Shown in pieces: positions 17,793 through 29,987 of a stretch of 64,000 bases of DNA. The notes beneath the pieces were generated by a model. The model ran no database searches. It had not been told where the DNA came from and was given only the letters and a program-made list of their open reading frames with translations. The DNA lies in contig VJWM01000016.1 in the NCBI GenBank assembly GCA_010909165.1, positions 434,001 through 498,000 of the forward strand, in the 5' to 3' direction. The DNA is from Anthoceros angustus (taxonomy: Eukaryota > Plantae > Anthocerotophyta). Numbering within the stretch: the first letter of the stretch is position 1; every line of letters starts with the position of its first letter. A program made the translations under genes and the position numbers.

Positions 17793-19760
17793 TCCTGAGA
17801 ATTTGGGGCGCATTCCTGTCACCTCTTCGGTCGGCTTGCACTGCATTCCATCCATGGTGGCGGCTCTTTCGCAACTATGTACCCGCAACTATGTACCCGA
17901 ACAAAGGGCCATGACATTCGGGTCACACTCTCATCCGGCCTACGGGCAGCTACGAAGCCCATTCCAAATTTCGCGTGCTGTGGTTTAAGTCTACCTGTAG
18001 GCACTAGCCGTTGTGGAACTCACGTAGTGCAAACCGGGCCTGATGAGATTAGCACGGCCATTGCCATTGGAGCAGCGGTAAGGTGACACCAACCAAGATG
18101 AAGGCGTGCACGGGATATTGCGTCGGTCAGGCGGGGCGCACCGGTCTACGCTTGTCTCCATTACTCCCAACTTCAACATCTAATGGCTTTCAACGTTACA
18201 AACCAATCCGGCTCAAGCGCGTCCACGTTCGAAATTCCGGGACGGTGAAATAAATAGCCGCAGAGGTCCCCCTCGACTCGCACACTAGCCAAAGATGCTG
18301 TCATCGGATTTGGCGCTAAACACGTAAGCGTGCCACATAGGCATTGAGTTACATAGTTACATCCAAACATCGCTCTTGCCGGACAAGCTAGGGCTGCCCG
18401 GCCCCAGGAAATGGCAGTATGCGATCGAGCAACAAGACCTCGTTGATGAAATTAGGAGTTCAGGACCTCGATAAAGGAGGTCGTCTGAACTCTTCGCCAA
18501 TGATAATCGTCACCACTAATACCTGCACATGGCACATGAGACACCCCACATCTAGCTTCATTTTCGGCCGTGCCCCCCACATGTAGCTTCGTTTTCCCGT
18601 GCCCGCCACCTAACAAATTTCCTCGAGACGGACGTCATGCTTCCCAGCCTTACATTCGCACACCGGCTATATCTGGCAGGCGAGCGAGGGCGTGGTATAG
18701 GAAGCACAGCCAATCCTGCAATATCAAACAACTACCAGACTATCAGATCTCTGTGAATTTGATACCTCTAACCAGATGCAATGAAGACCAACTAGAAACA
18801 CTTAGCGAGCCTTCTAAATCAACACGCATCACGGCAATAACAGTCAGAGATAGGGGACCTGGTCCTACCCGTTGTAGAGCTCCAAGACGTACAATAGCTT
18901 CAATCATCTCCAACTATCGTTTTGGTCGTGCACCAGCAAAAACCTGTTGCAATTGAGAAGCTGCCCTGCTTTGGGTGTTCAGTTCTTAACTTATAAGAGA
19001 CTGCACAACCCGTCTCAGCAAGCGCCTTGTAAGCTGCCCCCCAAAAAAATAGTTACTCACGAGCAGCCATGCTGGCCGGTCTGCCAGACACCAAAATCAC
19101 TGTATGTGAGCTAGACCGGACAGATAAGCCAGTGATGCAGCACATCTGTCCATTAAGATCCATCTCCCAGTCTAGACCGTTTCTCCCAAAGTGCAATAGC
19201 AGAAACCCATTAAGAGCACATGTTCCTTCAAGTCCGAAGAAAGAAACATAAGCTCTTTCCATCCCCTGAACCTAGGAAACCTATCAAATAGGTGGCATAC
19301 CTGCTTCTACGTATGGGGGTGGCTAATGTGCCCTGGAGTCGGGAAAGACTCTACCCAAAATTATTTACATTTAGACCACACTGTATAAACCAGATGAAAT
19401 GATACGACAAAGAATAGCCGACCGCTGAGTAGACTAGCATCCACTGGAGAACATCCTCGGCTTCGTAAAGCAACCTCTGCATGTTAATTCCACCTTCCTT
19501 CCAAGGCCACAAATGAGGAATTGCAGGGCAAGAATTCTGCTCAAAACCCGAGCTGCTCACAGATGCATCCTGAGAACCAAATGCCAGTGCTAGTCCCATA
19601 TTCTTCCATGTCCGATAATACTGGAAGTCGGGTGACTTGGACATTCAGCTACATCAGAAGCCATCACTAGAAGTCCAGCCTAAAGATGTTCACCCTCCCC
19701 AGCTTATCCCCACCTCCTTCCCCCCAGCCAATATACAAGCACGATGTATGCAACCATACA

Positions 19761-22700
19761 CTAGGCCACCTGTGTCCTTTTCAGAGGCGAGTTTCTGACG
19801 CGCTCGTTCTCAACAGCTGGATGAGACTGCTTCAACTTCTCTTTCTCTGCGTCTTTCTCTGCTTTCTTCTTATCCAACTCTGTTTGCTTGTGATTCTCCT
19901 CAAGTGCCCTCTTGAACATCACAGAGAAGTTGAACAAAATGGAAATCACTTGCTCAAATGGACAGCGTGCCGGGTCTTCACCAAAATACCTTGCCAGTGC
20001 ATCTGCATTCCTACCCACTTCTGCATAAAGCGAAGCAAGTGACCTCACTTCTGCCTCTGCTGTGTTCAGAAACTCCTTCAAAACCTTCCTGAACTCCACG
20101 GATACCGGCCCATCATTCTCCGAAGCTGTCAGCTCCTGCTCTACCTTCTCCAAACCTTTACTAACAGCTTGCATCTCCTCTGCCAAGGTCTTCAACTGGA
20201 CTTTTGTGGCACTCTCTAGGTGTGCTAGATCCTTGTGATACTCGAGTAGCTCTGGGATCTTCTCATCAAGTACCTTACACAGGTAGTGCATAAGAGTCAT
20301 TTTGCTGTTCTTGGAGGCACGAGTGTCTGTAAGCTTCAGCAAGCTATCCAGCTTAAACCCAACCGCTGAACCACGAGCAGTTCCCTGATTCAAGGCATTC
20401 CCCAAGGACAGTATAGTCGACATTACTCGCCGCAGCAGTTGGGATTCTCGGGCCTCTGTCGAAGCTTCATTTACAACCCCTAAACTTTCGCGCAACTCTT
20501 TGATCTGTGAGGAAAACTGGATCTTGAACAAAAACACATTCAACTTGGCCTCCATCCTAGGTACCTTCATCATCTCTAAGAAAAATAACTCGCACTTCCC
20601 TAAAGTCCCCTTTTCACCAGTGAAATTCTTTAGCGTCTCGATCTCTTCCTTGGTAGGGCAAAACTTGATGAGATTCTCCAGCTGATCCACATCTAACAAA
20701 TCTTCATCCAGCTTTAGAACAGCATTAATTATGTCAGGTAAGGGCATCTTGACTTTGGTCAACATGATCTCACAGTTGTTAGCTCTCCTCATGTCAATGA
20801 GATGCACCTTCTCTGCCTTGGTTCCACCAGAGGGTCGACGTGAATGTGTCTTTTCAGACACGGTAGCCACTGCATTTGAGAAAAGACTTTCCAGCTCTGA
20901 CATATCAATATCAGGACCCTTTGCTTGCTCCTCCTGCTTCTGATTCTCCGCCCACAAGCTACCCTGGACTGCTCTTGTGACTTTCACCCAATGCAGGGGC
21001 TTCAAGGAAGCCTTCTTGGGTGGAGGAGGGGGAGGAGCTGCAGCCTCACCAGCAGGTGCTCCTCTACCTCGTCCTCCTGGGAGGGTTGGTGGAGCAGGTG
21101 GCCCAGGTGGGGCACCCCTGCCTCTGCCTGGCATTGCCGGTGGTGGAGGAGGGCCACCAGGTCCCTTGCCTCCAGGAGGAGGTGGGGTGGAGGTGGACCA
21201 CCTCTACCACCGGGTGGGGAGGCGGCGGTGGTGGACCTGCACGCCCACCAGGAGGGGAGGTGGGGGTGGCGGATCACCACGACCTCCAGGTGGAGGTGGA
21301 GGTGGTGGTGGTGGCGCAGCACCTCTTCCACCTGGTGGTGGAGGGGAGGAGGAGGTGGCGCACCACGACCACCAGGAGGTGGAGGTGGTGGAGGTGGAGG
21401 GGAGCACCTCGACCGCCAGGAGGAGGTGGGGGTGGGGAGGAGGCGGAGCACCTCTGCCACCAGGAGGAGGTGGTGGTGGAGGTGGAGGGGTGGGGCAGCT
21501 GACCTCCAGGGGTGGTGGTGGCGGAGGTGGCGGGGTGGGGCAGCCTGACCTCCAGGGGTGGTGGTGGTGGAGGTGGCGGGGTGGGGCAGCTCGACCTCCA
21601 GGAGGTGGTGGTGGTGGTGGTGGAGGAGGAGGTGGTGCAGCTCGACCATTAGGCAATGGAGGCGGTGGCGGAGGGGAGGTGGACGAGCCCCACCACCAAA
21701 GGGAGGGGAGGAGGCGGTGGTGGAGGTGCACCTTGAGTACCAAATGGGGTGGAGGTGGAGGAGGAGGAGGAGCACCAGAACCATGAGGAGGTGGTGGTGG
21801 AGAAGGTGGAGGAAGGGGTGCAGCCCCAATTCGTGGGGGTGGGGGTGGTGGTGGCGGTGGTGGTGCAAAGGCTGGTGGAGGGGGTGGAGGAGAAGCAGAG
21901 AACACCGACTGCGGTGGTGCTGACCTGGGTGTCAATCTGCCGTTGGTCTCTGCAGGCAGAAGCTTCTCCAGGTCCTGAAAGTGACCTGCAGAAAAGTGTT
22001 GCAAAAACCTGAGAGCAGCATCTCCATGTCCGTCCACCCAATCTCCACTGCTAAAAAGCTCCTGTACTTTGGCAAACGCTTCCATCGGCAGTCCTCCCTT
22101 CTCTTCACCCCCAAGAGTAACAACAGGGACGACTGGGGGAGGGAAAGCGTCCATCTCCCCGAACAGCACCTCTGCCCTAAAATCCTTGGTGAAACGCTCC
22201 TTGGCATTCCACAAAACGTCGATGTCATCCCGATTCAGGATGAGAATATTGGAGCGTATAAAGGCCGTGTTGAACATAACTCTGAACATCATTTCCTCCC
22301 TATCTGTCTCAATATCTATGTGAATGCATTCCAGCACAACATCCCCTTGCACTGCACATTGCAAGTCAATCTTCACCACATCACAATCAATCTGATTGTA
22401 ATGCCTGGCAGGTTTCCCTCTCTTCAACGTGGAGAAGAGCAGCTGAGTGGAACGGCCACCTTTAACCCTAGCATCCCGGCCGTAGATACGCACCACCGGC
22501 CTGGAGCCCCCTTCATTATCAAAGCTAGGCACCACACGAAAAATGAGGCAATCAAGAGTGAGCGCACGGTCAGGAGGGGGCCACTCCGCCGAAATGCTCC
22601 TCCTAGCCACATACTGCAGATACCGCAGCTGCGATGGCACAGGGTTAAGAGGAGACAAGAGCTGCAGCAACCCCTTGGGAGCCTCCCTGTGCAGCATATC

Positions 22701-23167
22701 CAGCGTCTTCTGCTCCCCGGTATGCAGCTTCCGATAGATCAAGAAGGCTGCAAGGATGAAAGCAAGCACCGGCCACCCTCCCCTCTCGCAATGCATCAAC
22801 ACGATGTTCTGATGCCCCTCCAGCGACAACCAGCTGTCACTGGAGCGCAGAAAGTGGTGGATCATCTCCATGGACAAAATAGGGCATCCCTCGTACTGCC
22901 TGGGGTAGTCCATGACAGTCATCTCATACTGCGACAAGATCTCAGTCAGCTGGCTCTTCCTTTCCCTTCCCTAAAATTAAAAACAAGAAACGACGACTTC
23001 GGAAACTGATCGTGCAGCTCGTTGGCAATCTGGCGCATGTAAACCCTGTAGCTGTCGTCATCCAGCACATCGGTGGAGAAACACGAATCGAAGACATACA
23101 CCCGCTCCGTAATCTCCAGGAGCCCGTCCGGCGGCCTCCTGTAAAAGAACCTGCGGAAAAGCGACAT
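19761..23167 (-). CDS. Class II formin (PTEN-like/C2 - FH1 - FH2), intronless. Apparent frameshifts near 22960 and inside the poly-Pro FH1
   Basis: MSLFRRFFYRRPPDGLLEITERVYVFDSCFS, HCERGGWPVLAF, a long polyproline FH1, and FH2 motifs LKPLHWVKV...GSAVGFKLDSLLKL...FGEDPARCPFEQ. Confidence 0.95.
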
Positions 23168-23254
23168 TTCTCATGCACCGACGGCCGGCTGCGGCCTCCC
23201 GCCCCCGCAGCTGCCAGTCCCTCCCCTAACAAGCCTGGATCTACCTGGATCTAC

Positions 23255-25832
23255 TCCTGGGAGGTTGGTGGAGCAGGTGGCCCAGGTGGGGCACCCCTGC
23301 CTCTGCCTGGCATTGCCGGTGGTGGAGGAGGGGCCACCAGGTCCCTTGCCTCCAGGAGGAGGTGGGGTGGAGGTGGACCACCTCTACCACCGGGTGGGGA
23401 GGCGGAATCCGGCTTCAGCACGCGGTGGCGATGGCGGCAGGAGCATGCAGCGGGGAGACGGGCTTCTGCTTCTGCTTCTGCTTCAGCTTCCGCGTCTCGT
23501 CCCCTGCCGCGTCTCGTGACTCCTCTACTCGTGCGTCTGCATCTGCGCAGTGCCGGCACTCTCAGGCCCACAGTCCCACGCACTAAAGAAGGGGTCCACT
23601 GCCACTGTCTCAGCTCTCCCGGCCACCCTCCAGTGCTCCAGCCCAGGTTTATTTTACGGGAGTGGTGTGCCCAGGGGCCCAGGTGGGGCACCCCTGCCTC
23701 TGCCTGGCATTGCCGGTGGTGGAGGAGGGGCCACCAGGTCCCTTGCCTCCAGGAGGAGGTGGGGTGGAGGTGGACCACCTCTACCACCGGGTGGGGAGGC
23801 GGCGGTGGTGGACCTGCACGCCCACCAGGAGGGGAGGTGGGGGTGGCGGACCACGACCTCCAGGTGGAGGTGGAGGTGGTGGTGGCGCAGCACCTCTTCC
23901 ACCTGGTGGTGGAGGGGAGGAGGAGGTGGCGCACCACGACCACCAGGAGGTGGAGGTGGTGGAGGTGGAGGGGAGCACCTCGACCGCCAGGAGGAGGTGG
24001 GGGTGGGGAGGAGGCACCTCTGCCACCAGGAGGAGGTGGTGGTGGAGGTGGAGGGGTGGGGCAGCTGACCTCCAGGGGTGGTGGTGGCGGAGGTGGCGGG
24101 GTGGGGCAGCTCTGACCTCCAGGGGTGGTGGTGGCGGAGGTGGCGGGGTGGGGCAGCTGACCTCCAGGAGGTGGTGGTGGTGGTGGTGGAGGAGGAGGTG
24201 GTGCAGCTCGACCATTAGGCAATGGAGGCGGTGGCGGAGGGGGAGGTGGACGAGCCCCACCACCAAAGGGAGGGGGAGGAGGCGGTGGTGGAGGTGCACC
24301 TTGAGTACCAAATGGGGGTGGAGGTGGTGGAGGAGGAGGGGGAGGAGCACCAGAACCATGAGGAGGTGGTGGTGGAGAAGGTGGAGGAAGGGGTGCAGCC
24401 CCAATTCGTGTGGGGGTGGTGGTGGCGGTGGTGGTGCAAAGGCTGGTGGAGGGTGGAGGAGAAGCAGAGAACACCGACTGCGGTGGTGCTGACCTGGGTG
24501 TCAATCTGCCGTTGGTCTCTGCAGGCAGAAGCTTCTCCAGGTCCTGAAAGTGACCTGCAGAAAAGTGTTGCAAAACCTGAGAGCAGCATCTCCATGTCCG
24601 TCCACCCAATCTCCACTGCTAAAAGCTCCTGTACTTTGGCAACGCTTCCATCGGCAGTCCTCCCTTCTCTTCACCCCCAAGAGTAACAACAGGGACGACT
24701 GGGGGAGGGAAAGCGTCCATCTCCCCGAACAGCACCTCTGCCCTAAAATCCTTGGTGAAACGCTCCTTGGCATTCCACAAAACGTCGATGTCATCCCGAT
24801 TCAGGATGAGAATATTGGAGCGTATAAAGGCCGTGTTGAACATAACTCTGAACATCATTTCCTCCCTATCTGTCTCAATATCTATGTGAATGCATTCCAG
24901 CACAACATCCCCTTGCACTGCACATTGCAAGTCAATCTTCACCACATCACAATCAATCTGATTGTAATGCCTGGCAGGTTTCCTCTCTTCAACGTGGAGA
25001 AGAGCAGCTGAGTGGAACGGCCACCTTTAACCCTAGCATCCCGGCCGTAGATACGCACCACCGGCCTGGAGCCCCTTCATTATCAAAGCTAGGCACCACA
25101 CGAAAAATGAGGCAATCAAGAGTGAGCGCACGGTCAGGAGGGGCCACTCCGCCGAAATGCTCCTCCCCTAGCCACATACTGCAGATACCGCAGCTGCGAT
25201 GGCACAGGGTTAAGAGGAGACAAGAGCTGCAGCAACCCCTTGGGAGCCTCCTGTGCAGCATATCCAGCGTCTTCTGCTCCCCGGTATGCAGCAGCTTCCG
25301 ATAGATCAAGAAGGCTGCAAGGATGAAAGCAAGCACCGGCCACCCTCCCCTCTCGCAATGCATCAACACGATGTTCTGATGCCCCTCCAGCGACAACCAG
25401 CTGTCACTGGAGCGCAGAAAGTGGTGGATCATCTCCATGGACAAAATAGGGCATCCCTCGTACTGCCTGGGGTAGTCCATGACAGTCATCTCATACTGCG
25501 ACAAGATCTCAGTCAGCTGGCTCTTCCTTTCCCCTTCCCTAAAATTAAAAACAAGAAACGACGACTTCGGAAACTGATCGTGCAGCTCGTTGGCAATCTG
25601 GCGCATGTAAACCCTGTAGCTGTCGTCATCCAGCACATCGGTGGAGAAACACGAATCGAAGACATACACCCGCTCCGTAATCTCCAGGAGCCCGTCCGGC
25701 GGCCTCCTGTAAAAGAACCTGCGGAAAAGCGACATTTCTCATGCACCGACGGCCGGCTGCGGCCTCCCGCCCCCGCAGCTGCCAGTCCCTCCCCTAACAA
25801 GCCTGGATCTACCTGGATCTACTCCTGGGAGC
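23255..25832 (-). repeat. Second, FH2-less near-identical copy of the formin 5' region (CDS part ~23676-25735) with mosaic junction fragments at 23255-23676
   Basis: Almost identical to 21100-23260, differing mostly by indels. Junction pieces derive from 21075-21225 and 26014-26295. Confidence 0.88.
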
Positions 25833-26639
25833 CGGAAGCCGGCCGATCGTCCCCCGCACCTGCGCCTGCCTCCCGCGATTCCGCGCGCCTCATCACCGCG
25901 ATCCAGCACCACTGCACCGCACGCACGGCAGACGGTGCTGGGAATGGAATTGGCGCGGCCGGATCCTCACCTGGCGGGCACGGCCGCAATCCCCCCGGCG
26001 CGGCAGCGAGCTGCGGGAGGCGGAATCCGGCTTCAGCACGCGGTGGCGATGGCGGCAGGAGCATGCAGCGGGGGAGACGGGCTTCTGCTTCTGCTTCTGC
26101 TTCAGCTTCCGCGTCTCGTCCCCTGCCGCGTCTCGTGACTCCTCTACTCGTGCGTCTGCATCTGCGCAGTGCCGGCACTCTCAGGCCCACAGTCCCACGC
26201 ACTAAAGAAGGGGTCCACTGCCACTGTCTCAGCTCTCCCGGCCACCCTCCAGTGCTCCAGCCCAGGTTTATTTTACGGGAGTGGTGTGCCCAGGGGGCCC
26301 GGAGGTGACAGGCCTATAGCGCCAGCGGCCTATGGGCAACGGAAGTGGCACAGGTGGCGGTCGCCTTTAGAGTGGGCGCTCTCCCAGAAGGCCTCCAATC
26401 ACCAAACCGCACAGGATCGCAGCCAAAACGTGGGGGCCAAGTGTTTTCCTGCCAACCAGGCCCCAGGCCAATGAAAATTCCACAAAAAAACGCTTCGACT
26501 CGCTTCCGATTCTCTCACAGCTCGGCTAGCTTGGGTTGGTCCAACGAATAACCTACTCTAACTCATGTTAATTGCTAGTAATCGAATTACGGTGACAATT
26601 GATATGTGATTTCATGCTCCTGCATCTTGGACTCATCAG

Positions 26640-26640
<1 letters not shown>

Positions 26641-26672
<32 letters not shown>
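26641..26672. repeat. (TGCT)n microsatellite
   Basis: About 8 direct copies. Confidence 0.9.
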
Positions 26673-26781
26673 ATGCAGTCGTTGTTGAAAGGTATCTTGC
26701 AGGGTCCCATTCTTTGCCGACTGCAAGCTTCACTCATCTCCAAGATGTGTATGTGACGCTTTGATTTTATTTAATACCTAC

Positions 26782-26830
26782 AGGTAGGTACGTAGGTAGG
26801 TAGGTAGGTAGGTCGGTACATAGGTATGTA
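26782..26830. repeat. (GGTA)n imperfect microsatellite
   Basis: aggtaggtacgtaggtaggtaggtaggtagg. Confidence 0.85.
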
Positions 26831-26943
26831 GATGCCTAGCCCGGAAGCGGTCAGTCCCGGGGAGGCCTGGCCTCTTTACGAGAAAGGAAAAAGGAGTGGC
26901 CGATGAAAACCAGACCTAGACTAATGCCCGACCGCTCTGCAAC

Positions 26944-27456
26944 ATGGCCGACGGACACGAGGCAGGGCAGTGGAACAATGGAGAGCTGGACGCATCTGCT
27001 CCTTCTTCGCAGTGGCCGACTGTGGACGGGTCTCTAGGGTTGGACGAGGACGAGGCTGTGAAGCTTGCTCGGGCGTTTTTCTACGGCGGTTTTGCCTTGC
27101 TTCCTTGGCTGTGGTTCGCTAATTGCTTCTACTTCTGGCCAGTTCTGCGGCACCGGCACTCCGATGAGCACATTCGTCCATGTCCGTCTGCCTGCTGCAC
27201 TTGCCGCTGCAATTCTTTTGTCCTTGTGCTGAGTCTTGAGTCATGCCCTGCTTTAGCGCGGGCTGTGTCTGATCCGACCCACGCTTGTCGTCCCCGGGCT
27301 GCAGATGTCGTCTACTCCGGGATCGGATTCGTGATTTTCACTGCCGTGCTCCTGTCCTGGGCCCTCGCGTTTGCAGTAGGCGGAGAACGGCTCTTCGGTC
27401 CGGCGTGGAAGCATCTCGTTGTGTATAACGTTGCCGATAGGCTCGCCGTCAGCTAG
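26944..27456 (+). CDS. PEN2: Gamma-secretase subunit PEN-2. Exons 26944-27181 and 27305-27456
   Basis: WPTVDGSLGL...ARAFFYGGFALLPWLWFANCFYFWP...IRPYVVYSGIGF...W, matching plant PEN-2. One 123-nt GT-AG intron. Confidence 0.9.
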   Translation: MADGHEAGQWNNGELDASAPSSQWPTVDGSLGLDEDEAVKLARAFFYGGFALLPWLWFANCFYFWPVLRHRHSDEHIRPCPSACCTCRCNSFVLVLSLESCPALARAVSDPTHACRPRAADVVYSGIGFVIFTAVLLSWALAFAVGGERLFGPAWKHLVVYNVADRLAVS

Positions 27457-27815
27457 GGAAAGAGAGCGTGCGCTCAGAACGTATGCACGGCAATTTTGCT
27501 TGTAAATGTGAAACATTATTTTGTGTTTGCGAAAGTGCAGCACCGGTGGAGCTGGCATTTGGCGAAACAGTTTCGTGCGATCGTTGCTTCCAAGTTCCTG
27601 CGTGCGAGCTAGGTAGTCGTTGTTCCGGAATTCGCATAGGCAACTCCGCCTGGTGGTTTGGTGTTGTTGAGGGAGTGATCGGGGGAGGGTATCACGGGCG
27701 CGGATCGGGTAGGGTTGAGAGATGAAGGAGCGAGCTGTGATCGGCTGGAGAGGAAGGACGTTGTAGCGGCTGCTGGATCGGAGAGGAGAGGAGAGGAGAG
27801 CAGAGGAGAGGAGGA

Positions 27816-28973
27816 ATGGGTGCGCACGACGTGGTTGTGTGCGACAATGGAACCGGCTTCGTCAAGTGCGGTTTCGCTGGAGACAACTTTCCCACAGCAG
27901 TTTTCCCGTGTATGGTGGGACGGTCGATGCCGAGAGAGGACGAGCATGATTCCAAGGGAGTTTTTGTAGGCAACGGCTGCCAAGAGCTGCGCCATCAGCT
28001 GGAGCTTTCGTACCCGATCTCCAGGGGAGTCATCCAGAATTGGGATGATATGAGCTATGTGTGGGATCACACATTCCATGAGGTGCTTCAAATTGAGCCT
28101 TCCGAGTGCAAGATCCTGCTCACGGACCCGCCTCTCAACCCTATCAAGAACAGGGAAAGGATGGTGCAAACCATGTTCGAGAAGTACAACTTCGCAGCTG
28201 CTTTTGTGCAAATTCAGGCTGTGCTCACCCTGTATGCGCAGGGGCTGTTGACTGGACTTGTGGTGGACTCTGGTGACGGTGTGACGCATATTGTGCCTGT
28301 GGTGGATGGCTTCTCGTTTCCTCACCTCACCAAGCGGATGAACATGGCTGGGAGGCAGATTACCTCTTATCTGTTGGATCTGCTGCTCAGGCGAGGATAT
28401 TCCTTGAATAGAACAGCTGATTTTGAGAGTGTGAGGGAAATCAAGGAGCAGCTTTGCTACATGAGCATCGACTACAAGCGGGAGATGAGGCTTGCTTTGG
28501 AGACGACGATACTGGTGAAGCAGTACACCTTGCCTGATGGTCGGGTCATCAAGGTTGGTGCTGAACGCTTCCAAGCCCCTGAAGCTCTCTTTACCCCGGA
28601 GCTGATCGATGTGGAAGGAGATGGTTTGGCAGACCTGGTTTTCAGGTGCATACAGGAGATGGATATTGACAATCGCATGACTTTGTACCAACATATCGTC
28701 CTCAGTGGTGGAAGCACCATGTACCCTGGCCTGCCGAGCAGGTTGGAGAAGGAGATCCGTGAACGGTATCTTCAGACTGTCCTCAAGGGGAATAAGGACG
28801 GTCTTTCCAAGCTGAGGCTCAGAATTGAGGATCCCCCTCGTCGGAAGCACTTGGTATACCTTGGTGGTGCCGTCCTGGCAGACATCATGAAGGACACCCC
28901 AGAGTTTTGGATAAGCAGGCGAGAGTATGAGGAAGAGGGGTTACGATCTCTCCGAAAGTGTGGACAGGCTTAG
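27816..28973 (+). CDS. ARP2: Actin-related protein 2 (Arp2/3 complex), intronless, 385 aa
   Basis: [58 protein letters not shown] and [11 protein letters not shown] are ARP2-diagnostic. Confidence 0.96.
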   Translation: MGAHDVVVCDNGTGFVKCGFAGDNFPTAVFPCMVGRSMPREDEHDSKGVFVGNGCQELRHQLELSYPISRGVIQNWDDMSYVWDHTFHEVLQIEPSECKILLTDPPLNPIKNRERMVQTMFEKYNFAAAFVQIQAVLTLYAQGLLTGLVVDSGDGVTHIVPVVDGFSFPHLTKRMNMAGRQITSYLLDLLLRRGYSLNRTADFESVREIKEQLCYMSIDYKREMRLALETTILVKQYTLPDGRVIKVGAERFQAPEALFTPELIDVEGDGLADLVFRCIQEMDIDNRMTLYQHIVLSGGSTMYPGLPSRLEKEIRERYLQTVLKGNKDGLSKLRLRIEDPPRRKHLVYLGGAVLADIMKDTPEFWISRREYEEEGLRSLRKCGQA

Positions 28974-29987
28974 ACTCCTTCTCTGCTTGATTTCCGCCTC
29001 CTGGCAGTGACCTCTATGACCGAGGTGCCCCATTGCTGCAAGACCTCATGGATGCACATGGCATCCGGACCAGAGTTTCAGAAGACCCATAGCATGCTGT
29101 ACGTTCAGCTAGAACGGTAGCAGGCAGTATTTTCACTGTATTCTAATGACTCTGCTATCTGGTGATTCTACAGACACATTTCTGAAAGATGTTTTCAGAA
29201 TTTGTTTCGCACGTTTAGTGAAGCGTTCGGTGATTATCGGTGCGCACTGGACTATGGTTTGCGAAGTTTCGAACCCAAACGAACCTTTTTGCATTTTACA
29301 TACCGGAAGGTTACTGCATCGTACACTTATCTCCTGAGAAAGACTTGGAAACTATGCTACATACCCACGGATATACATAGGTATGTACATCTGTTCATAT
29401 ACATAAGTTCAAATACGAGCTAATCCTCAAGTAAAGAAGATTTCTGACCGAACATGCATAGTGCTGAGTACTTCAAAGGAGTAACCGGGTAATGTGGAAG
29501 CTCCCGCCAAAACGTTTGGCCGCGTTCCCGCCAAATCTGACAGTTCTGTCCTCCTTCCCTCTTGGCCCTCCAGCCTCTTGAATCTCAACATTTCAGATTC
29601 ACAGGCAGGTGTTGAGTTTCCGCTGATGCCGATGGACCTCGCCCTGTACGCGTGGAGCGGACGACCTTGCGCTCTGCAGGTAACATTGGTTGAGTTTGTT
29701 TCGAGGCTAATGTTCCACTTGCAGAATTCAGAGACCAGTTGTGACTGCCTGCTTTCTCTCCTTCGAAGCTGTAAGGGATTCGCTTAGCGGCGGTTTGAAA
29801 TTTGCGTCCTATCTGATGTTGTCTTCTAGCTCCTCCGATCGGAAACTGCTGCTGGATGCCTAGTTTCTGATCTACGCCTGTTGCATTGTCTAGGTGTTCG
29901 TTTGCACTGTATGATTCACGGTGTCCGGTCGGTGGATTCGTGAGTGTTTGCCCTTACACGGAGGCTGCCTCACTTGAAGCAGTAGAC

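Noticed and set aside
22770-22800. Loss of the PTEN catalytic motif in the formin (HCERGGWP)
   Set aside because: Normal, known feature of plant class II formins.
20925-26308. Long Gly/Trp/His-rich ORFs and 342-367 aa plus-strand ORFs over the formin
   Set aside because: Alternative or antisense frames of the poly-Pro FH1 and PTEN region.
27609-28850. 413-aa antisense ORF over ARP2
   Set aside because: Shadow frame of a conserved gene with biased codon use; no recognisable motifs.
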